Below, one piece after another: positions 9,894 through 20,273 of a DNA stretch of 64,000 bases. The notes under the pieces were generated by a model. That model searched no databases, had not been told where the DNA came from, and was given only the letters and a program-made list of their open reading frames with translations. The position numbers and the translations under genes are program-made. Each line of letters opens with the position of its first letter. The stretch's first letter is position 1. This stretch comes from Candidatus Nanoarchaeia archaeon (GTDB lineage Archaea; Nanobdellota; Nanobdellia; SCGC-AAA011-G17; GW2011-AR17). Where the stretch lies: the NCBI GenBank assembly GCA_028706745.1, contig JAQTVM010000001.1, forward strand, positions 12,399 through 76,398, written 5' to 3'.

Positions 9894-12245
9894 TCAAAAA
9901 TCTCCCAAGTTCTTCTGTTTTACCCCTTTAGCGGCATCTTCAAATGTCTGCCCCATAAAGCATAGAATTGCGTCTGCAATCGGCTTGAGCTGCTTTTTAA
10001 GATAATGCTCATAGTCAATCTTATGCGATACAAAACCCATGGGCTCAGGCCCGTCTTCTGTCATCACGTATTCAATGATATTGCTTTCAACCTTCGGCAG
10101 TTTTCTTGCTGCCTTTATATGCGGCGGAGTTGTCTTTGTATATTCATCAATATTTTTTCTTGCTGTTTTCCTGTAAACAAGCCGGGAATCAAATTCCCCT
10201 TTCTCCAGTTTTTGCACAAAATCAGCTATGAAAGGAAGCAATTGCTTGTCATGAAAAAGCCTGTCAAGCAGTTCGTACTGAAACTTCTTTGCAAGCTCTG
10301 TCCAGTCTCCCCTTACAAACTCTAATCCTGTAATGTCAATCTTCTCCTTTCCTTCTTTTATAACCAGCCCCGCATACCTCTTTTTTGCGCCAACTTCTGT
10401 CTTGCGCAGCTTGGGCATCAAAAACTTCAAAAAGCACTTGTCAAACTGCATGTCAAGGAAAGAATCCCTCTTGAACTGCTTTTTCACATATGATTTATAA
10501 AATTCATTAATCTGAATCGCAAGCTTTCTTCCTATTTCCTCTGCCTCTTCCCTGTTTTTTGCCTTTGTAACAACAAAACAAGAGTCAGTGTCAGAGTAAA
10601 GCACTTCATATCCCCTTTTCCTGATTTCAACTGCAGTGTTCTGTATAATCTCCCTTGCAAAAGAGGTTATAGCATTCGCAATTGCCATGTTAAAGAACCT
10701 TGAATTAGGGGAAGCCATTGCGCCGTAAAAGCTGTTCATCAGTATTTTTATTGCATACCTTGCAAGCTCATCCTTTCTTTTTCTTGCTTCCTCCCTTGAA
10801 GCCCATAATTTATGTATTATTGAGGGCAAAATCCCGTCTTCATTCTTAAAGCACGCGCCATTCGGCGATTTTACCATTCCCTTAGCACACTTTTCAGAAA
10901 AAGAGGAGGGATCAATGTTAAAAGTTGTTATAATCGACGGATACAGCGATTTGAAATCAAGCACAGCTACATTCTCATAAATCCCCGGCTTTGGCTCCAT
11001 TACAAAAGCGCCTTTTACCATGGTTTCCTTTTCAGCATAAGACATAGACGGGCAGACAAGCCCTCTTTTCCTTGCCTCGCGAATGTACAATGAATCAAGA
11101 GAGGCAATCGAGGCAGAAACCCTGTCAATCTGCATTCCTGTCAGCAAACTGCGTTCAATCGCAAGGCTCAATGCATTTGACTTTTCAATTATCTTAATCA
11201 CAAGCCTCGCATCCTGAAGATTGTAATCAGCAAGCAATTGGGGATTTTTCACAAACATCTCGTCAATTTCATTCCCTTTGCTTGTAAATTTCACAAGCTT
11301 TCCCTCGCCTGTAAATGTTCTTGCGGCTGTCTCAAGCCTGTAATCCTCAAGCCTGATAAAAGCCCCCTTCAATAACTGCATTGCGTCAATTATCAGCCTG
11401 CCTTCTGCATCTGCCTTTGACTCTTTCATGAAATCCTTTTCAATCCTTAATTTGCACCTTGCATTTCCCCTTCCGAGAGCCAATTCCATTCCGTATTCCC
11501 TCATCCTGTCTTGCAAAACCTTAAGGTCAAAGTCAATCAGGTTCCATCCTGTTATTATGTCAGGATCAAACTCTCTCACTGCATCAATAAACTTCTCAAG
11601 CACTTCTTCCTCTGATTTGCAGCAGACTGCATTTTTTATTTTTTTCTTTGTGTTGATGAATGTATTTTCAAATGAATCAGCAGCCAATGAAATTGCATAC
11701 ACTTCGCCTGCATCCTGCCTTGTTTCAATGTCAAGAGAAAGCACTTTCAGCTTTGGAAAGAAAGAAGCAGGCTTAAAAGAAGGATTTTTGAAAACAAGAA
11801 GGTTGTCCTGATATTCCTGCTCTCCGTCAATATCAACACATCCTTTTATGTCGTTGTCAATAAGAAAGCGCTGCGCAAAACGTATGTCAGCTTCATAGCA
11901 AACAATGCCGTTTGATTCAAGCATCTGCCTGTATTCAGGAACGTCAGAAGGCTTTTGCGTGAAAATGCGCACAACCTTGTCGCCATTGAATGTCTTAAGC
12001 CCTGTCTTCTCAATCTCAAGCTCCTCAACTTCTCTTGCTCTTTTTAAGTCAGCTTCCTTTATGTAGAAATAAGGCTTGAAAGGAGCCACTGCTGCAAATG
12101 ACTCTCCTTTTTCCAGCCTTCCAAATAAGAATACATAAGGGCTGTCCCCTATAATCCTGTATGTCGAATACAATACAAAACCTTTCATGAGATGAAGTAA
12201 TAAAGGTATGATTAAAAGCCTTGCGGCTATATGATTTTCTGGCAA
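9894..12245 (-). CDS. polB: DNA polymerase, family B
   Basis: 783 aa; 3'-5' exonuclease motifs and polymerase motif C (LYSDTDS), motif A/B region. Confidence 0.9.
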   Translation of the reverse strand: MPENHIAARLLIIPLLLHLMKGFVLYSTYRIIGDSPYVFLFGRLEKGESFAAVAPFKPYFYIKEADLKRAREVEELEIEKTGLKTFNGDKVVRIFTQKPSDVPEYRQMLESNGIVCYEADIRFAQRFLIDNDIKGCVDIDGEQEYQDNLLVFKNPSFKPASFFPKLKVLSLDIETRQDAGEVYAISLAADSFENTFINTKKKIKNAVCCKSEEEVLEKFIDAVREFDPDIITGWNLIDFDLKVLQDRMREYGMELALGRGNARCKLRIEKDFMKESKADAEGRLIIDAMQLLKGAFIRLEDYRLETAARTFTGEGKLVKFTSKGNEIDEMFVKNPQLLADYNLQDARLVIKIIEKSNALSLAIERSLLTGMQIDRVSASIASLDSLYIREARKRGLVCPSMSYAEKETMVKGAFVMEPKPGIYENVAVLDFKSLYPSIITTFNIDPSSFSEKCAKGMVKSPNGACFKNEDGILPSIIHKLWASREEARKRKDELARYAIKILMNSFYGAMASPNSRFFNMAIANAITSFAREIIQNTAVEIRKRGYEVLYSDTDSCFVVTKAKNREEAEEIGRKLAIQINEFYKSYVKKQFKRDSFLDMQFDKCFLKFLMPKLRKTEVGAKKRYAGLVIKEGKEKIDITGLEFVRGDWTELAKKFQYELLDRLFHDKQLLPFIADFVQKLEKGEFDSRLVYRKTARKNIDEYTKTTPPHIKAARKLPKVESNIIEYVMTEDGPEPMGFVSHKIDYEHYLKKQLKPIADAILCFMGQTFEDAAKGVKQKNLGDF

Positions 12246-12299
12246 AATACAGCATTTTTAAAGGGAATATTTATAAACCTAAGTATTATTACTAATGCC

Positions 12300-14321
12300 A
12301 TGGCAGGAAAAGACGCCAAAAGCCTCGAAGAAAGGCTCAGATTGGGCTTTGACTGCGATGCACTATGTTCTACAGAGCAAAAAAAGGAAGAGCTCAGAAT
12401 TAACAAGGTAAACGGGATGGGCGCTTTCCTGAAAGAGGATTATTCATCAGCAAGGCAGTTCTTTATCAATGCAATTCCCAAAACAGGCGACAAGCAGGAG
12501 AAAGAATGGTTTTACAGGAAGATAATAGAGTGCTCAAAAGAGCTTTTTAAGAACCTGATGGACAACCAGCTTGAAGACAAGGCAGAAGAAGAGTTCAAAA
12601 GAGTATGCGCCGGGTATGAGCATCTGATAAAGGCATTTGAAACATCTGATAATTACCTTGACTATATGTCTTTTGTAGGCTTTGAGATGAGCGACAAATA
12701 TGACAAAAATCTTTTTGAAGAGGCAAAAAAAATAGGCGAAAAGGCATTATGCCGTTTCCCTGAAGACCATCGCCTTTACAAGGAAATGTATGACTTATGC
12801 ATTTACACGCAGGATGATGAACTGGAAGATAATTGTATACACACGGCTGCAAAGCTAAAATTCAACGATGCAGATTATATGCTTGATTCTTTCGGCAACG
12901 CATTATGGCAGAGGCATAAGGATAATGGGATTATTCCTTTTCAGACAATAATGGAATGCAGGGGCGGGGCTTTGTATGAAAACCCCGCAGCGCTGCAGAA
13001 ATACGGCAAATACATGGTTGACAATGTTGCAGGCAATGATAAGCTTGCGCTCCATATGCTTTATACAGCATACTGCAAAAAGCCGCTTATGCCCGGATTA
13101 AAGGAAGACCTTGTTGATGCTTTTGAGCAAACCATGGAATATATGAAAAAGAATAATGCGCCAATTGCAGAAAGAAAGCTTTTCATCGCCAGATACCAAA
13201 AAATTCTTGAAATCAGGAAAGAACTTGCAGGGGAAAATGAAAAAGAGAATGAAAAAAGCGCAGACCGGAACAGGTTTTCAAGCGAGATAGTTGTTGTGAA
13301 CCCAAAAGAAATAAAGCAGTACCTTGACCAGTATGTGATAGGGCAGGAGCAGGCAAAAAGAGGAGTTTCAGTGGGATATTACATGCACCTCCTGCGCCTT
13401 AAGCACCAGGGAGAAAAGAATTCAAAAATGGACAAGAGCAACATCCTTCTTCTCGGTCCTACAGGCTGCGGAAAAACATATATGCTGCAGATACTTGCGC
13501 AGATGTCAAAGGTTCCATTTGTAATATTCGACACTTCAAAGATAACATCAGCAGGCTATGTAGGAAGCGATGCAGAAGACTGCCTTAAGTCCCTCGTGAA
13601 TGCGGCAGAAGGGGACATTGAGCTTGCACAGAGAGGCATAGTTTACCTTGATGAGGCTGACAAGATAAAGGCAAAGCCCGGATACGGGAAAGATGTCGGC
13701 GGAGAAGGCGCACAGCAGCAGCTTTTGAAGCTTTTGGAAGGCTCGATTGTAAATGTCGGCGGGCATAATGAGAAAAAGTTTCAGATAGACACAAAAAACA
13801 TACTTTTTGTCGTTGGCGGGGCTTTTTCATACACAGAAGAAGGCGGCAGCATTGGTGACAGGATTCAGTGCAGGGAAAAGGTCGTAGGATTCAGGATGCA
13901 AAAAGACGAGCCGGAAGAAACAAAAACATGCAAAGAAGATAAAAAGAACATTGTTACAAAGCTCACTGACAAGGATTTGCACGAATATGGTTTCCTGCCT
14001 GAATTCATTGGCAGATTGCATTACAGAATTGTGCTTGACTCGCTTACAAAGCCCGAACTGAGAAGAATCCTCACAGAACCCGGAAATGCAATCATACCGC
14101 AATATGAAAACGCGTTCAGGCTGTCAGGAATAAAGCTGGTAATAAGGGATGATGCCCTTGACACAATCGCAGAAGAGGCATTTGCCTTGAATGCAGGCGC
14201 AAGAAGCCTCAAGACAATCTGCGACAAGATATTTGAAGACGCATTGTTCCACCTTCCGGGCAGCAGCACCACGGAGTATATTGTCAATAGAACGGAAGTA
14301 ATGCGCTACATAAAGAAATAG
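12300..14321 (+). CDS. ClpX-like AAA+ unfoldase with novel ~345-aa N-terminal alpha-helical domain
   Basis: C-terminal 330 aa match ClpX nearly motif-by-motif. Shared motifs: YVIGQEQAK, GPTGCGKT, GYVGSDAED, QRGIVYLDEADKI, GGEGAQQQLLKLLEGS, YGFLPEFIGRL and GARSL. A VGF tripeptide sits at the IGF-loop position. The N-terminal Zn-binding domain of ClpX is absent. ATG at 12300 is preceded by TTTATAAAC at 12269. Confidence 0.75.
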   Translation: MAGKDAKSLEERLRLGFDCDALCSTEQKKEELRINKVNGMGAFLKEDYSSARQFFINAIPKTGDKQEKEWFYRKIIECSKELFKNLMDNQLEDKAEEEFKRVCAGYEHLIKAFETSDNYLDYMSFVGFEMSDKYDKNLFEEAKKIGEKALCRFPEDHRLYKEMYDLCIYTQDDELEDNCIHTAAKLKFNDADYMLDSFGNALWQRHKDNGIIPFQTIMECRGGALYENPAALQKYGKYMVDNVAGNDKLALHMLYTAYCKKPLMPGLKEDLVDAFEQTMEYMKKNNAPIAERKLFIARYQKILEIRKELAGENEKENEKSADRNRFSSEIVVVNPKEIKQYLDQYVIGQEQAKRGVSVGYYMHLLRLKHQGEKNSKMDKSNILLLGPTGCGKTYMLQILAQMSKVPFVIFDTSKITSAGYVGSDAEDCLKSLVNAAEGDIELAQRGIVYLDEADKIKAKPGYGKDVGGEGAQQQLLKLLEGSIVNVGGHNEKKFQIDTKNILFVVGGAFSYTEEGGSIGDRIQCREKVVGFRMQKDEPEETKTCKEDKKNIVTKLTDKDLHEYGFLPEFIGRLHYRIVLDSLTKPELRRILTEPGNAIIPQYENAFRLSGIKLVIRDDALDTIAEEAFALNAGARSLKTICDKIFEDALFHLPGSSTTEYIVNRTEVMRYIKK

Positions 14322-14367
14322 TTTTCTTACAGATAGATTTATATTCTCTTTTTTACCTCCCAAACCT

Positions 14368-15234
14368 ATGGAAAACTGGGTAAAGGCAGGAAAAATAGCA
14401 GCAGAAAGCCTGAACTACGGCTGCGAACTGGCAAAGCCCGGAATCAAGCTGTTAGAGTTGGCAGAGAAGATAGAGGCAAAAATCAAAGAATTGGGCGGAA
14501 AGCAGGCATTTCCTGTAAATCTCTCCTTAAATGAGCTTGCAGCGCATTACACGCCTGCGTCTGATGACACAACAATCCTGAAGGCAGAAGACTTGCTTAA
14601 GATAGATGTTGGCGTGCATATTGAAGGGCATATAGGCGATTGCGCAAGAACAGTGGGAGATGACAAAGAATTAATACGAGCTTCAGAAGCCTGCCTTGCA
14701 GCGGCAATTCCACTTTGTGTTCCCGGAAGAAAAATAAGGGAAATCGGGAAGGCAATAGCGGAAGCTGCAAACGAACACGGATTCATTTCAATAAGAAACC
14801 TCTCCGGGCACGGAATTTCTCATTTTGACCTGCACTGCGGATTAAGCATCCCTAATTTTGACAACGGCGATGAAACAGTATTAAAAGAAGGCGCAATAAT
14901 CGCAATAGAGCCTTTTGTCACAAGAGGAAACTCAGCAAGAGTCAGTGAAGGAAAGCCCTCGGGCATATACAAACTTGAAAAAGTAAAGCCGGTAAGGGAT
15001 ATGAATGCCAGAAAGATTCTCAGTTTCATTGCAAATGAATACTCGAGCCTGCCATTCGCGTCAAGATGGCTTGAAAAGGAATTCCCGAAAGCAAAGTTCT
15101 ATATCCAATTATTAATAAAAGAAGGAATCCTGCGCAGTTATCCGCAGTTATACGAATCCTCAAAAGGAAATGTAAGCCAGGCAGAACATACAATACAAGT
15201 AAAGGAAAATCCCGTTATACTCACGCAAGCTTGA
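14368..15234 (+). CDS. map: methionine aminopeptidase, type 2 (archaeal)
   Basis: 288 aa; pita-bread fold metal ligands in a MetAP2-like arrangement. Confidence 0.85.
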   Translation: MENWVKAGKIAAESLNYGCELAKPGIKLLELAEKIEAKIKELGGKQAFPVNLSLNELAAHYTPASDDTTILKAEDLLKIDVGVHIEGHIGDCARTVGDDKELIRASEACLAAAIPLCVPGRKIREIGKAIAEAANEHGFISIRNLSGHGISHFDLHCGLSIPNFDNGDETVLKEGAIIAIEPFVTRGNSARVSEGKPSGIYKLEKVKPVRDMNARKILSFIANEYSSLPFASRWLEKEFPKAKFYIQLLIKEGILRSYPQLYESSKGNVSQAEHTIQVKENPVILTQA

Positions 15235-15276
15235 TAATTCTTAAAAAAGAAATAGGAAAATAAAAAGAAAAGAGGT

Positions 15277-16179
15277 TTACTCGTAGTGTATATTATTCTT
15301 CGTGGTGATTGTCTCTTCAATCTTATCGGCAAATCCTTTTCCTATGCTGTACCCGAAATGCGAGAACATTCTTCCGAAAAATGACGGGTTCTGCACCATC
15401 AGTGTGCCGACATAAGTGTTCTTGAAGTTCCCTCTTTTTTCGCAGGATTTTATTGCTGTCCTCAATGTGCCTGTCCTGTCAACAAGCCCCATTTTTGCTG
15501 CGTCAATACCGTCCCATACATAGCCGTTTGCATATCCTTCAAGCTGGCTCTTTGTCATCCTGTCGCCTGCCTTCTCTTGCCTGCTTTCATAAACAAGATT
15601 GACAAATCTCTCGTGGTGCCTCTTTACAAGGTATTCAAGGTGCTGCCTTTCCTCTGGTCTTAATTCCCTGAACATTGACATGAAGTCCTTTTCTTCCTTT
15701 GATTTTATTACCTCAAGCTTAACTCCAATTTTTTCCATCAGCTCCTTGACAACAAACTTGTTCATTATTACGCCGATGCTTCCGATTAATGCGTCTTCCG
15801 CAACAATTATCTCGTCGCAGCCGCACGCAGTCATGTAAGCGCCTGAAGCGCAAAGACTGTTCACGTAAGCCACCTTCGGCTTTTTCACTTTTCTTACCAA
15901 GTCATAAATTGTCTTGCTTGCTCCTGCCTCTCCTCCGCCTGAGCTTATGTCAAGAATAATTCCCTTTACCCTGTTATTTTCCTCCAAGCCCTTGAGAATC
16001 TTCTCAAGCCCCTGGGGTGTTGTGGGACCGGGCGCATAGTCCTTAGGTCCTGCATTCCCTATCTGCCCGTTGAAAGGCACTCTTATAATCTGGCTGTCTC
16101 CCTTCTTGTACTCGTCTATTTTCCTTTTTATCATGGGGTATCCTATCAGCCCCAGAAACAAAAGACTTATGTAATCCAT
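15277..16179 (-). CDS. sppA: signal peptide peptidase SppA (S49, ClpP/crotonase fold), 36K type
   Basis: ILDISSGGG oxyanion region and SLCASGAYMTACGCDEI catalytic-Ser region typical of SppA. Confidence 0.75.
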   Translation of the reverse strand: MDYISLLFLGLIGYPMIKRKIDEYKKGDSQIIRVPFNGQIGNAGPKDYAPGPTTPQGLEKILKGLEENNRVKGIILDISSGGGEAGASKTIYDLVRKVKKPKVAYVNSLCASGAYMTACGCDEIIVAEDALIGSIGVIMNKFVVKELMEKIGVKLEVIKSKEEKDFMSMFRELRPEERQHLEYLVKRHHERFVNLVYESRQEKAGDRMTKSQLEGYANGYVWDGIDAAKMGLVDRTGTLRTAIKSCEKRGNFKNTYVGTLMVQNPSFFGRMFSHFGYSIGKGFADKIEETITTKNNIHYE

Positions 16180-16373
16180 GTTGAATCGACCTCCGTTAAG
16201 GCTGATTATTCTCTGTCTATTTATATAAGTTGCGGGAAAAATCTCTTTTTTGCCTTTGATTAGCCACTATGCAATGCTATTTCCAACTGGGCCAAAAAGA
16301 AGGAGGTAAGGGGCTTTGCCCCTAACACCCCTTGTTTTCAGGAGAGTCAGCAGTTTTTAAGAAAAGTTTAAAT

Positions 16374-16416
16374 ACTTATTTAGTCCTTATTTAGTCCATA
16401 AATAGTCCTTATTTAA
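16374..16416. promoter_or_regulatory. direct repeats TAGTCCTTATTTA (x2) plus TAGTCCATAAA upstream of the RHH gene; candidate operator
   Basis: seen directly; immediately 5' of the RHH ORF at 16423. Confidence 0.4.
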
Positions 16417-16422
16417 TACAAA

Positions 16423-16572
16423 ATGGCGGAAATAAGATTTGGCATAACGGCGAAATTGGACGGGCTCCTTAAGGATATAGCCGGCAAGTACGGAGTTGAT
16501 AAGTCTGAATATGTAAAGAGCCTTATAATCTCTGACTTGAGAACTAAGGAAGCAAGACCAAAAGACAAGTAA
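16423..16572 (+). CDS. ribbon-helix-helix (CopG/Arc-like) DNA-binding protein, 49 aa
   Basis: Not in the ORF track (<60 aa). Translation MAEIRFGITAKLDGLLKDIAGKYGVDKSEYVKSLIISDLRTKEARPKDK has the beta-strand plus two-helix RHH pattern; sits upstream of the R-M genes. Confidence 0.45.
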   Translation: MAEIRFGITAKLDGLLKDIAGKYGVDKSEYVKSLIISDLRTKEARPKDK

Positions 16573-16750
16573 ATGGCAAGTGGTAAACGGTCATAAAATG
16601 AGAACAAAAAATAAGGCTTGCGAGGGAAGCAGGCGGAAGATTTGCGGAAAGTCCGAAGGACTTTCGGTTAAGGCGGAGAATCCGAACCAGTTGCCACTCG
16701 CCACCCGCACGGACAGGGCTTATAAACATCTAAAGTAAAGGAGAAAAGAA

Positions 16751-18748
16751 ATGATAAGAAAAAATGAATCACAGAAAGACATACTTTTGTTTAATTATTT
16801 GAAAGATAAACGTTCTTTTCAAGAAAAATGGAATACTAAAAAAACAACAAATAAGTTTATTCAACCAGTTCTTGATACTTCAAGTAAGAAAAAGAATGGG
16901 CAAAGAGGAGAACCTGATTTTGTATATGTAAACGAAAAAAGGAAAATATTAATATTAATAGAAAATAAAGATGATATTAATCAACATAAATCTAAAAATG
17001 AAGATAATCCTATAACTTATTCTGTAGACGGTATAAAACATTATTTAAGTTGTTTTAAGAAGGATTATCTAGAAAATTTTAATATTACAATTAAAAAATA
17101 TTTAAATGATTGGAAAATTGTTGGGATTGCTGTATCTGGAAATATTGAGGATGAATATAACCATTTAATCTCTACTTATACTCTCCAAGAAGATGAAGTA
17201 AAAGATATAGAAACAGAAGAAATACTTAATGAAGAGGATTACCTCTCTTTATTTGAGAATATCAATTTAGAAAAAATAACAAGAGATATATCCTTATCAT
17301 CAAATAAGATTAATAATCTTTTACGTTCTTTAGATTCACAAAAGAGACCCATTCTCCTTAGTGCTTTAATGATATGTTTATTTGAACCCAAAAATATTCA
17401 AAATGATTTCAAAAATAACTATTCTAATTGGACAGCAAACACAATTATAACGAATATTCCACTAATAATAAAAACGATTTTAGGAAATGAGGGGATACCC
17501 TCGGAAAAGATTGAAGTATTAAATAATGAACTGACATTTATTAAAACAGATTTAGAACTTAAAAATACAGATATATTGAAGGATATACTCAATGAGCTCG
17601 AGAATAATGTTATCCCACAATTTAATAAAAGCCATAATTATGATATTATTGGGAAGTTTTATGAAGATTTTTTGAGATATGCAGGAGTAACAAATGTAAA
17701 AAAAGGGATTATTTTAACACCTGCCCACATTACTAAATTATTTACAGAATTAATTGATGTTAAAACAAATGATGTTATTATTGATACTTGTTGTGGGACA
17801 GGGGCATTTCTTATTTCAGCGATGAATAAAATAATTGAGGAAATAACAGATTCAAGTATTAAAAATAAAAAAGATTTAATTGATAAAGTTAAACATAAAC
17901 AGTTAATTGGTATCGAAAAGAATACGACCATGTATACTCTCGCAATCTCTAATATGCTATTTAGGGGGGATGGTAAATCCAATATTTACCATTTAGATTC
18001 TTTTTCAAAAGAAGCAGATAAGATTTTATTAAATCTTAAAAAGAGGGGAATTATTCCAACAATCGGCTTTATCAATCCGCCTTATGGCGGTAGAGATAAT
18101 AAAGAAAATCCTACTAAAAAAGAAATTCAATTTTTAGAAAGATTATTGGATAATGTTAGCCGATACGGTATAATCATTGCACCATTGTCTACTTATTTTA
18201 AAGAAGAGATTATTAGAAGTAGAATATTATCCAAGCACACTTTGAAATATGTGATAAATATGCCAAAAGAATTATTTCAACCAAATGCATCTACACATAC
18301 AGCTATTGCAGTATTTAAAACAAATTTACCCCATAATAATAAAGAAGTTATATTTTATAATCTTCAAGATGACGGATTAGTTTTATCAAAAAATAGGGGC
18401 AGAACAGATGCATTAAATAAGTGGGCAAAAATAAAAAAGGAATTATTAACAAAATTGAATAATCCTAAAAAATATGCTGATGGAATAAATCTCGTTATAA
18501 CAAAAATCAGTAATGGGGATGAATGGATATTACAAGCTCATGCAAAAACAGATTATACTAAGATTAATGAAAGAGCATTTATTAATAGTATAAAGCAATA
18601 TATTATCTTTTCAACGAAGAGAAAACTAGGTCTATTAGACAGAGATATTGATGAAATAACCTTATTGGAGATACTTAATGAAAATAAGATAAATGCCAAT
18701 GCTTTACTAAGAGATGTTAAAATTAAAGAAAAAAATGAAAAGATATAA
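16751..18748 (+). CDS. fused restriction-modification enzyme (N-terminal PD-(D/E)xK nuclease plus gamma-class N6-adenine DNA methyltransferase), BcgI-A-like / Type IIB-IIG
   Basis: N-terminal EPDFVYV...ILILIENK (PD...ExK); MTase motif I VIIDTCCGTGAFL and motif IV FINPPYG (NPPY). Confidence 0.75.
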   Translation: MIRKNESQKDILLFNYLKDKRSFQEKWNTKKTTNKFIQPVLDTSSKKKNGQRGEPDFVYVNEKRKILILIENKDDINQHKSKNEDNPITYSVDGIKHYLSCFKKDYLENFNITIKKYLNDWKIVGIAVSGNIEDEYNHLISTYTLQEDEVKDIETEEILNEEDYLSLFENINLEKITRDISLSSNKINNLLRSLDSQKRPILLSALMICLFEPKNIQNDFKNNYSNWTANTIITNIPLIIKTILGNEGIPSEKIEVLNNELTFIKTDLELKNTDILKDILNELENNVIPQFNKSHNYDIIGKFYEDFLRYAGVTNVKKGIILTPAHITKLFTELIDVKTNDVIIDTCCGTGAFLISAMNKIIEEITDSSIKNKKDLIDKVKHKQLIGIEKNTTMYTLAISNMLFRGDGKSNIYHLDSFSKEADKILLNLKKRGIIPTIGFINPPYGGRDNKENPTKKEIQFLERLLDNVSRYGIIIAPLSTYFKEEIIRSRILSKHTLKYVINMPKELFQPNASTHTAIAVFKTNLPHNNKEVIFYNLQDDGLVLSKNRGRTDALNKWAKIKKELLTKLNNPKKYADGINLVITKISNGDEWILQAHAKTDYTKINERAFINSIKQYIIFSTKRKLGLLDRDIDEITLLEILNENKINANALLRDVKIKEKNEKI

Positions 18749-19745
18749 ACTAAATCTAAAAAATTGGAAATATTTTAATTTTAATGATATATTTTCATTT
18801 GAGAGGGGAAAAAGGCTTGTTGAATTAGACCAAATAGGGGGAGATATACCTTATATTGCATCTTCCAAAAAAAATAATGGTATAACAAATACAATTAATC
18901 CTCCTGAATTTATGAAATTATATCGGAATGTTTTAACTCTAAATAATAGCGGGAGTGTAGGATATTGTTTTTATCAAGAATCAGATATAGTATGTTCAGA
19001 CCATGTAACTGTAATATGGATTAAAGATGAAAATGTTAAACTAAATCCATATACTGCTTTATATCTAAAACCTATAATAGAATCAATGCAATATAAATTT
19101 AATTTTGCTAGAGAAATAAGTGATGCTAGGTTAAATAAAGAAAAGATATTACTTCCAACTGACAAAAATGGTAATCCTGACTGGTATTTTATGGAAAATT
19201 ACATAAAGCATATTTCTAAGAGAATAAAATATGATAAGGTAATAAATTTAAGAATAGCGAAGAAATTAGATACCCAGAAATGGAAATGGTTCGATATAGG
19301 AAGTTTATTTGAAATTAAAAAAGGAGAACGATTAATTGAAGAAGAACGAATTAGGGGTGAAATCCCTTTGATTACTGCCTCATCTGAAAATAATGGCGTT
19401 GTTGATTTAATATCCTACCCACATTTTAATAAAGAAAAAAAATGTTTTGAAAATAAGATAACAATTGATATGTTCTTCAATGTATTCTACCATAATTATA
19501 AATATTTTAGTGATGATAATGTTCATACTTTAATACCACTTTTTGAAAAAGTAAATACTTATATTTCATTATTTTTAGTAGCAGTTCTTAAAGAATTACA
19601 ATTTAAATATGCTTATGGTCGACAATTAAGAATAAAAAGATTAGAATTAGAAAAAATTAAGCTTCCCATAGATAAAAGAGGTAAACCTAATTGGGTATAT
19701 ATGGAGGATTATATTAAATCCTTGCCTTATAGCTCAAATCTTTAG
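18735..19745 (+). CDS. specificity (S) subunit with two target-recognition domains (HsdS/BcgI-B-like)
   Basis: Two internal repeats: WKYFNFNDIFSFERGKRL...PYIASSKKNNG and WKWFDIGSLFEIKKGERL...PLITASSENNG. ATG at 18735 overlaps the stop of the upstream gene by 14 nt. Confidence 0.75.
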   Translation: MKRYKLNLKNWKYFNFNDIFSFERGKRLVELDQIGGDIPYIASSKKNNGITNTINPPEFMKLYRNVLTLNNSGSVGYCFYQESDIVCSDHVTVIWIKDENVKLNPYTALYLKPIIESMQYKFNFAREISDARLNKEKILLPTDKNGNPDWYFMENYIKHISKRIKYDKVINLRIAKKLDTQKWKWFDIGSLFEIKKGERLIEEERIRGEIPLITASSENNGVVDLISYPHFNKEKKCFENKITIDMFFNVFYHNYKYFSDDNVHTLIPLFEKVNTYISLFLVAVLKELQFKYAYGRQLRIKRLELEKIKLPIDKRGKPNWVYMEDYIKSLPYSSNL

Positions 19746-19753
19746 GTATATAT

Positions 19754-20029
19754 TTAAGCATTCTTATCTAATTTATTCTTCCCCACTTTCCTGCCAGTTT
19801 TTATATTCCACTTTGCCATACATTCTTCAATAGTATACCACATATAGCATCCCCTATCGCCCTTAAATGCCCTGTATAAGAGTCCAAACAAAAACCATTT
19901 GGTTACTCTCTTTTGCTTTGAGAAAAAAGCCCTGAAAGCATATATAAACGCTATCGGACTCCAAATAATGTGCCTATAGAACCTTTTCCAGAAAGGGGGC
20001 TTAGGGTTTTGCGGTTTTGATGGATTCAT
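19754..20029 (-). CDS. hypothetical small protein
   Basis: 91-aa ORF, basic/hydrophobic, no family recognised. Confidence 0.2.
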   Translation of the reverse strand: MNPSKPQNPKPPFWKRFYRHIIWSPIAFIYAFRAFFSKQKRVTKWFLFGLLYRAFKGDRGCYMWYTIEECMAKWNIKTGRKVGKNKLDKNA

Positions 20030-20273
20030 TTCAATCCTGCTCTTACTGCAAAAATTATCAGTGTAATCATTATACCCACTAAAATACCTGCACCTGAACT
20101 TATTATAAGTTCTAATGTGGCAACCTTAAATCCTCTTACAAATTGTGATTCCATATTTCCACCCTTTATACTAAAATCATAATAATTTGTCATTTAAAAG
20201 CGTTTGCTTGATTTTTGTGCAACTTATAGTTTTTGTGCAAAGCTTTGTTTTCAGAAAAGCTTAAATATAAGTT

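Noticed and set aside
12231-12299. Upstream extension of the ClpX-like ORF (MIFWQNTAFLKG...)
   Set aside because: The extension overlaps the polB start region and lacks conservation signal. ATG at 12300, preceded by a TATA-like TTTATAAAC at 12269, is the more plausible start.
16600-16720. Possible tRNA or structured RNA between the RHH gene and the R-M gene (GGAGAATCCGAACC region)
   Set aside because: Could not fit an acceptor/D/anticodon/T cloverleaf; no TTCRANY T-loop with complementary 5-bp stems. Left unannotated.
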